NCBI GenBank assembly: GCA_030668165.1
Contig: DAOUUM010000040.1
Span: forward strand, 1-13,164
DNA length: 13,164 nt
Origin: Candidatus Heimdallarchaeota archaeon
Lineage (GTDB): Archaea; Asgardarchaeota; Heimdallarchaeia; Heimdallarchaeales; Kariarchaeaceae
Direction: 5' to 3'
The notes under the pieces are model-generated. The model did no database searches. It saw only the letters and a program-made list of their open reading frames with translations, and was not told where the DNA came from. The position numbers and the translations under genes are program-made. Shown here one piece after another: positions 7,776 to 13,164 of this stretch; position 1 is the first letter of the stretch; each line of letters starts with the position of its first letter.

Positions 7776-8075
7776 TAGAATAATTTGATTTATAAAATTC
7801 TGAAATTATTATTACTCGCGCCCTTGACGAGAGTGAGAGCCATACAAATTACAATTTCATATGTGAGGTAAAATCTCCTGAAATTGCAGAATTAGAGGCT
7901 TCTAGCCAAAACCTATGGATTATTATCTAGTCAATTGGAAAAAAAGCGCGATTAGCATATGCAATGTAATATCTTGGTAACATAGAACTATATATAAGAT
8001 TCTAAAAAGATGATCTTGTTATCTAACGTAACCACCTGATCAGACTTCGTGAATTTATTCATGAAATCTAATCAA

Positions 8076-8146
8076 CCTATAAGATAGTATTTGATCATTC
8101 GTGATCAAACAATCTCTCTAACAGCTATCTTATAGGGACCTTTTTT
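8076..8146. repeat. Nested inverted repeat followed by T6: a candidate small RNA 3' module or protein-binding palindrome
   Basis: The outer arms are a perfect 12 bp: CCTATAAGATAG (8076-8087) and CTATCTTATAGG (8125-8136). The inner hairpin is 8 bp, TTTGATCA (8090-8097)/TGATCAAA (8102-8109), closing a TTCG loop. T6 lies at 8141-8146. TATA-like elements sit at suitable distances on both strands (7989-7997 for plus, 8157-8166 for minus), so the strand is unresolved. Confidence 0.6.
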
Positions 8147-8241
8147 CTTAATTTGTTAAATAAAAGCAAATTAAAACACTAACAAAAAAAAAGTATATCA
8201 AACACTGTTATTAGTTCGAATCATAGCCTCAGTGGTATACC

Positions 8242-9186
8242 ATGACTCGAATATTAATTACAGGAAGTTTAGGCCAGATAGGCACAGAATTGACCCAGCA
8301 ACTTCGATCCAAATATGGGAAGGAAAATGTGATCGCATCAGATATTCGAAAAAATGACGGTGATGATGGTCCCTATCATATCCTGAATGTCCTGGACAAA
8401 GAAGGGTTCTCCAGTCTGATTAAAGAACAGGAGATTGACTGGCTGATCCACAATGCTAGTGTCTTATCTGCCACAGGTGAGAAAAACCCTCACCTTGCCA
8501 TGGATGTGAATATACGGGGATTTGAGAATGCAATTGAGCTGGCCCGGTTGAATAATCTAAGGATTCTGACACCAAGCTCAATTGCTGCATTTGGTCCCAG
8601 CACACCACAGGAAAATACACCTGATTTTACTACCATGCGTCCCACCACAATTTATGGCGTATCAAAGGTCTATCTTGAGCTACTGGGTGAGTATTATAAT
8701 CACAAATGGGGTGTTGATTTCAGATCACTGCGTTATCCAGGAATAATTTCCTCTGAGGCTCCTCCAGGTGGTGGAACCACTGATTATGCCATAGCAATCT
8801 TTCATGATGCCTTGAAACAGATGCGCTATACCAGTTTTCTGAATGCAGATGCCACCCTACCCATGATGTACATGCCAGATTGTCTCAAGGGGACCATCCA
8901 ATTACTTGAGGCAGAGGAGGAAAAACTGACCCAGCGTACCTACAACATTGCGGGTATAAGTTTTAATCCTGCTGAGCTGGCCTCATCAATCAAAAAGCAC
9001 TTGCCAGATTTTGAGATAAGTTATGAACCAGATTACCGGCAGGAGATTGCTGGCACATGGCCAAAATCCCTTGATGATAGTAACGCAAGACGCGATTGGA
9101 ATTGGCTACCTGATTTTGATCTGGATAAATTAGTCACCGATATGCTTGAAAATCTCTCAAACACCCTTGAAATAACATATAAATAA
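8242..9186 (+). CDS. tdh: NAD-dependent L-threonine 3-dehydrogenase, extended-SDR / UDP-galactose-4-epimerase-like type
   Basis: 314 aa. Rossmann motif ITGSLGQIG, catalytic YGVSK (YxxxK), and the PGGGTTDYA segment characteristic of SDR-type TDH as found in animal mitochondrial and Thermoplasma-type enzymes. Confidence 0.75.
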   Translation: MTRILITGSLGQIGTELTQQLRSKYGKENVIASDIRKNDGDDGPYHILNVLDKEGFSSLIKEQEIDWLIHNASVLSATGEKNPHLAMDVNIRGFENAIELARLNNLRILTPSSIAAFGPSTPQENTPDFTTMRPTTIYGVSKVYLELLGEYYNHKWGVDFRSLRYPGIISSEAPPGGGTTDYAIAIFHDALKQMRYTSFLNADATLPMMYMPDCLKGTIQLLEAEEEKLTQRTYNIAGISFNPAELASSIKKHLPDFEISYEPDYRQEIAGTWPKSLDDSNARRDWNWLPDFDLDKLVTDMLENLSNTLEITYK

Positions 9187-9224
9187 GAAAAAAAAGATAG
9201 AAGGGGGATTAAAACATCCAACTT

Positions 9225-9390
9225 CTCACAAAAAATTGATGTGAGACCGAAATGCGGGTTTCTGGCTGGGCTGATAGGGACTCGATCGATTAAAATCGAT
9301 CCTATTCGGTTTTCGAGGACGTGTGCAGGTCAATTTTTCTCACTAGGAGAATGGGGTGGTTACGCGTTTGACCGGCGGAAATGCCCCTTC
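9225..9390. ncRNA. GC-rich structured element in a convergent intergenic gap: candidate ncRNA, strand and family unassigned
   Basis: GC content rises locally by eye. The hairpin GATCGAT-TAAA-ATCGATC (9284-9301) is perfect. GGCG-GAAA-TGCC (9374-9385) closes a GNRA tetraloop. GAGACC/GGTTTC lies at 9243-9262. GTGAG (9241-9245) can pair with CTCAC at 9225-9229 or at 9339-9343. T5 on plus is at 9334-9338, and T6 on minus at 9230-9235. The two track ORFs here overlap each other and look non-coding. Confidence 0.35.
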
Positions 9391-9591
9391 TTACTACTAT
9401 TAACCCTAACATCCTTATTAAGGTATTTAATAGAAAAAGATCATAATAATCACAATATAATAAAAAATAATCACCCAGAGTGATGATTTTCGTAGAATAT
9501 GGGCACTCATTGTGATTCAGTGTAATTGAACAAATTTGGATATAAATTCCTGTCAAGTAATCTGATAACAATTATTATTGGAATAATCTGT

Positions 9592-11520
9592 TTACTTCTT
9601 CAAGGTGTATCCAATCATGGGTTCAACATCTGGGTTCTTTGCCATCAGATCAATTAGCATCTGGATCACCTCTTGCTCCTCCACCGAGTTATGTGAAATG
9701 ATTCCCTTCAGTACAAGTAATGAAGGGGAATCCAGATAGGTAATATCATTAACTGTCCTCTTGGACTGTTTCTTTCCCTCAAATAGCAGGTGAACGATAT
9801 CCTCCCTAATAATTCCTGAGAGAATTAGTATATCCAGTCTGATTCCCTTGACAATCATTCCCTTCTTATCTGCTGGGGAACTCCATATCGGATCATCGTA
9901 TTTGTGGTCTCCCACATGGGTGATCTCCTCCTGGAATTCTATCAGTTCAGATAAAATCTCACCAAAGATAGCAATACCTGATTCAACTATGGGTTGATTG
10001 GGATCAAAGGATAGCCGCAAGACAGGGTTTTTGAACCTTTCTCGCAGATAGGTCTCGGGTTCGGTAACACTTCTGATCTCATTTAATTGGATGGTGACTG
10101 GGAATTTGATCCTACTCTCAATACTTTTGACTCCGGTGAGAATGCCAATGCTCTCAAGTTGCAGGTTCCATTGCATTCTCTCTGATAATGCTCTCAGTGT
10201 ATCCTCAACAAGGTTTCCCAGCTGCAAAATCTTTTGTATATTTCCCAGAGCAAAATCCAGTTTACCTACATTTTTCTCTGCTTGTGCTATCATGAAATGC
10301 ATGTGGGGTAGGTAATCCTTGCTACTTGAAGCAAGAAGATCTATCTTTAACTGATTGGCATCGATTCTCTCACTCCAATCATCAGCTCTGGTGTATGCCT
10401 CGAGTAATCTGGATAATTTCAGTCCCATCCAGTTCTCCACTGGTACAAATTCCAACCACTGCATCACCCTGATGAATGAATTCTCCAGTAGTACCTGTCT
10501 TTTGGGACCATTGTTCTGCAGTAGCACCTCCCCATACCAGTACAAACCGTTTATCAATCGTATATATTCCTGTAATTGGGGATAGAATAACATTGGAGTG
10601 CTCTTGTCAGTTATCTGTGCTAAAATATCCAACATATTATCCAGTTGCAGTAATTTATCCAGTACAACATCTGGTAAGCTTAATTTATCATGGGGTCCCT
10701 GAACAATCGCCTCATCTGCCAGCACAGAGATGATATCTGCAACCATATCCACCCTGGGAAACTCGCTGTTCCTTTCTCCATCGTAACTGTCCAACTCAGG
10801 CAGGATTTCTTTGAATATGGATTGCAGATTATTGTTACATCTGTAAATTGCATGATCTGCAATTACTATATTTCCGGCCAATCTATTCACCAGAGCAAAA
10901 TTTGCAAGAATTTCGGTCTTGCGCAATCTATCTGTAACAGTCTCCTCAGAATATCCCTGGTACATATCAAAAAGAAGTGATTGTATCTCGGTGAGTCTAC
11001 CCTGCCTGATGCGTAATTTTGCCAGTCTAAATATTGCCAGCTGCTCAACCCATTTACTGTGGGATTTTTGGGCCAATTTGACAGCTAGTTCAAGTATGGT
11101 CTGTGCCTCCTTGAAATCATACTCTGCACTTAATGGATGCATCTTGTCCAATCCTATTTTGGATAACACGCTGGCCTGTTCCTCAGGGGAGAGGGATTCG
11201 ATTCCCATCAGTTCGAACATCTGTTTGGCCATCATCTCATCACTCATCACACTCATGGTCAATTTATCGTCCAACACGATATCACGCGGATGTGGGGAAT
11301 CCTCACTAATTCTACCGTAATTCTGCAGGGTTATCTCCTTTCCACATGCACCGCAACTGGTATCAACCCCACTAATGGGGGCATTGCATTTGGGACAATT
11401 AATCCTGAAACTACCAAGGTACACATCATTTTGGATCTGTGCAATGTATAAATTGCAATGTTCACAGAACATTGGTTGCTCAATACTAGCCGCTTGTTGA
11501 CAAATAACACATATCGTCAT
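9592..11520 (-). CDS. Hypothetical 642-aa protein: N-terminal double zinc ribbon, central alpha-helical (TPR-like) region, uncharacterised C-terminal domain
   Basis: ATG start at 11520. Four CxxC pairs fall in the first 60 aa: CVIC...CEHC and CPKC...CGAC. The long helical-repeat-like middle includes AQTILELAVKLAQKS and LAIFRLAKLRIRQG. I recognise no catalytic motif. Confidence 0.8.
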   Translation of the reverse strand: MTICVICQQAASIEQPMFCEHCNLYIAQIQNDVYLGSFRINCPKCNAPISGVDTSCGACGKEITLQNYGRISEDSPHPRDIVLDDKLTMSVMSDEMMAKQMFELMGIESLSPEEQASVLSKIGLDKMHPLSAEYDFKEAQTILELAVKLAQKSHSKWVEQLAIFRLAKLRIRQGRLTEIQSLLFDMYQGYSEETVTDRLRKTEILANFALVNRLAGNIVIADHAIYRCNNNLQSIFKEILPELDSYDGERNSEFPRVDMVADIISVLADEAIVQGPHDKLSLPDVVLDKLLQLDNMLDILAQITDKSTPMLFYPQLQEYIRLINGLYWYGEVLLQNNGPKRQVLLENSFIRVMQWLEFVPVENWMGLKLSRLLEAYTRADDWSERIDANQLKIDLLASSSKDYLPHMHFMIAQAEKNVGKLDFALGNIQKILQLGNLVEDTLRALSERMQWNLQLESIGILTGVKSIESRIKFPVTIQLNEIRSVTEPETYLRERFKNPVLRLSFDPNQPIVESGIAIFGEILSELIEFQEEITHVGDHKYDDPIWSSPADKKGMIVKGIRLDILILSGIIREDIVHLLFEGKKQSKRTVNDITYLDSPSLLVLKGIISHNSVEEQEVIQMLIDLMAKNPDVEPMIGYTLKK

Positions 11521-11604
11521 TATGATTGCATATTGGGATTGTTGTCGAATATGAAAAGTGATTCGATTATCTTCATAATTTTTGCAATCTATGTCAATTA
11601 AGAT

Positions 11605-11637
11605 TAGGCTCAGAAATTGATTTTTTTGTTGAGCCTA
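11605..11637. repeat. Inverted repeat upstream of the 642-aa gene
   Basis: TAGGCTCA (11605-11612) and TGAGCCTA (11630-11637) form 8 bp around a 17-nt loop containing T7. The element lies 85-117 nt upstream of the start codon at 11520. Confidence 0.5.
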
Positions 11638-11957
11638 TCTAACATGATTGGGGGAATGGTGTCATCGGGGTGTTCGGTTGTGGTGAGTCATACATGGGTG
11701 GACTTTATATGTGCTGAAAATATAAATTTTTGGATGCTAGAGGGTTATTATCTGAAAATATTAAAATAATTCCTGTTGATAAAATAGTTGCTTTTGAGAT
11801 TATAATCATCAGTTGTAAGGCTTGGGACTGGGTCTCAGTTATTTCTATCGGCTTATGGGAAAATATGGATTTCCGGGGGTAATTAATTTATGATTGGTTA
11901 TTTGTCAAGAGGTAACCTATAATAACGGTGGCTGGGTCAAATGGGATCTCAGGCAAC

Positions 11958-12029
11958 GTATAGTACGATTCAATGAAAACGTATAGTAGATTATTGTGAC
12001 TGTATAGTATATATCAAAAATGTATAGTA
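11958..12029 (+). repeat. Four direct copies of GTATAGTA (iteron-like array)
   Basis: Exact 8-mer at 11958-11965, 11981-11988, 12002-12009 and 12022-12029, with spacings of 23, 21 and 20 nt. Copies 1-2 share AACGTATAGTA, and copies 3-4 share TGTATAGTA. Confidence 0.75.
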
Positions 12030-12197
12030 CTTGATATAGATTACTCAATATATTGAACTATCAAATCCTATGACATGATATATGCTTGAATCGATTTCGA
12101 GTTATATTATTTATCAATTGCTTCAAAGATGCAGATAAACAGGCTGAAATGGGGTATTATTGGTCATTAGGTGATTGTCTAGACTATGTTCTAGCAA

Positions 12198-12238
12198 TAC
12201 TATACATAAATGTACACAATGTATACATAATACTATAC
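12198..12238 (-). repeat. Two copies of the same motif in inverted orientation
   Basis: AATACTATACA occurs twice, with TACTATAC at 12198-12205 and 12231-12238. This is the reverse complement of TGTATAGTATT. The copies flank the related palindrome TGTATACA and TGTACACA. Confidence 0.65.
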
Positions 12239-12863
12239 AAATCTTAATTTCGGATCCACTCCCTGGATAAGAGGATCAGAATCTGTGATTAGTTACTTCG
12301 AATCACCCAATCAGTGAGAGAAAATAATTGAAATATCCCGGGATTTGTCATTATCTGGACAAGGTCCACGATGAGTTTAATGCTCTCTGCTTTAAATTAC
12401 ATGAATATCAGAGACCAGGAATGGCAATCTAACAACTATCCCAGATCTTCGCAATTAAACAGTACCCTTGGGGTACTTTAGCACCTAAACAAATGCACCA
12501 GATACCAAATCAGTATCCAGCCATCCTCCTCACTATGGATTGAAAATGCATGCTTGGGTAGTAACCGCAACATACTAGGAATAGTAAATCTATTCAGTAA
12601 TTAGAAATATGGATGCACAATTGTTCAACCGTACATAATACTCGTAAGATCGCTCATAGCATCGAATCTGTGCAATCAACATTAAACAGAATTGGGGAAT
12701 TCTCAACCTGACAATACAAAGAAAAAGATATCACGAGTGTATTATATTTCAAGTTCAAGCCACTACAAAAGGAAATAACCCAAATAAATGATGATTGACA
12801 TTCTCTAAAAAAGTTGCATAATAATACCTAAAACTGAAGCGTAATGTATGAAAATATTTTACC

Positions 12864-12894
12864 AAAAGTGAATATTTTACAATTATTCACTTTT
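12864..12894. repeat. Perfect 11-bp inverted repeat in an extremely AT-rich tract
   Basis: AAAAGTGAATA (12864-12874) and TATTCACTTTT (12884-12894) flank a 9-nt loop. The direct repeat AATATTTTAC also occurs at about 12852-12861 and 12871-12880. Confidence 0.6.
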
Positions 12895-13142
12895 TGCTGA
12901 AAGAATAGTATTTTTGGCATAATATATCCAATAATTTGTACAATTGCTTAAACAAACTATAATTAATATACTAATAACAAAGTACTACTACTAATTGTTT
13001 ATTAACTAAGTATTAACAAAAGATATAGAGGTCGGAAGAGCCCCGTTCTTAGGAACTCAGAGGTTTCTGATCCCTAGTCTTGGCTGGGAATATAGAAAAC
13101 CCGAAAAAGACACCGCAATTACATAATTTAGGAGATTGCAAA

Positions 13143-13164
13143 ATGGATATTGACGTTGAACTAG
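13143..13164 (+). CDS. Start of an unidentified gene (partial; only MDIDVEL is visible)
   Basis: ATG at 13143 is preceded by GGAG (13131-13134) at an 8-nt spacing. The frame is open to the window end. Too short to identify. Confidence 0.3.

Noticed and set aside
8009-8040. C/D-box sRNA (GATGATC ... CTGA)
   Set aside because: The C-box candidate deviates from RUGAUGA at a conserved position (AUGAUC). There are no C'/D' pair and no terminal stem or k-turn arrangement.
8214-8228. tRNA T-loop-like GTTCGAATC here, and TTCGAATC at about 12297-12304
   Set aside because: The flanking bases do not form the 5-bp T stem (ATTAG vs CATAG). At 12286-12307 the loop would be 10 nt. No acceptor or anticodon arms can be built.
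2893-9221. Track ORFs 2893-3285(-), 3892-4155(-), 5343-5618(-), 5368-5655(+), 5988-6200(-), 6617-6862(-), 7424-7648(+), 9033-9221(-)
   Set aside because: Each is nested in, or antisense to, a longer ORF with recognisable motifs or better coding character. None shows a motif of its own.
9241-9571. ORFs 9241-9483(+) and 9302-9571(-)
   Set aside because: They overlap each other antisense in a convergent gap. The plus ORF starts at GTG inside a hairpin-rich GC island and ends in an N/H/I low-complexity tail. I interpret the region as structured RNA or non-coding DNA.
10091-11320. Five plus-strand ORFs (10091-10315, 10355-10585, 10476-10733, 10690-10980, 10919-11320) and 10680-10862(-)
   Set aside because: All overlap the 642-aa minus-strand ORF. 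Their peptides are Ser/Cys/Leu-rich, as expected for antisense or out-of-frame readings.
11644-11769. 41-aa ORF MIGGMVSSGCSVVVSHTWVDFICAENINFWMLEGYYLKILK in the G-rich patch, and a possible G-quadruplex there
   Set aside because: There is no ribosome-binding or promoter evidence and no recognisable family. The G-tracts are mostly GG, so at best a weak two-tetrad G4. I leave it as unannotated sequence within the ORF-free-region finding.
11958-12238. Possible CRISPR array
   Set aside because: The repeat core is only 8-11 nt with about 12-nt intervening sequence, and there are both direct and inverted copies. This is incompatible with CRISPR repeat/spacer dimensions. No cas genes are in the window.
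9264-13088. 7-mer GGCTGGG on the plus strand at 9264-9270, 11930-11936 and 13082-13088, all in non-coding DNA
   Set aside because: My rough expectation is below one occurrence, so it is mildly enriched. However, the flanks share nothing else, and three hits of a 7-mer are too weak to call a motif without genome-wide counts.

Overview
AT-rich archaeal chromosomal segment, roughly mid-30s % GC by eye (not computed). The archaeal assignment rests on aIF5A with the hypusine-site motif, ribosomal protein L30e, an archaeal/eukaryotic-type phosphopantetheine adenylyltransferase, a PGF-CTERM-like sorting signal, and TATA-box / oligo-T transcription signals. I cannot resolve the lineage further. Gene order: 5'-truncated tnpB-like gene of an IS200/IS605-family element (+) | rpl30e (-) | small Cys/His ORF (+) | PPAT (-) | HAD/NT5C-like nucleotidase (+) | secreted PGF-CTERM protein (+) | ~150-nt structured RNA candidate bounded by a promoter and a terminator (-) | SAMHD1-like HD phosphohydrolase interrupted by a single in-frame TAA (-) | aIF5A (+) | orphan 244-aa protein (-) | nested-hairpin intergenic element | SDR-type L-threonine dehydrogenase (+) | GC-rich structured intergenic element | 642-aa double-zinc-ribbon/helical orphan (-) | 1.6 kb with no ORF >=60 aa, holding an iteron-like repeat array | first codons of another gene (+). 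Three leads stand out. (1) The TnpB-family protein appears to lack the canonical RuvC-II glutamate, carries a long helical insertion, and has a GC-rich hairpin-dense 3' tail that looks like an omega RNA scaffold. (2) The ORF-free 1.6-kb region holds four direct and two inverted copies of a GTATAGTA motif, which could be an origin, a partition site or an operator array. (3) Three unassigned structured-RNA candidates lie in intergenic gaps. All family calls come from reading motifs by eye. No database search was possible.
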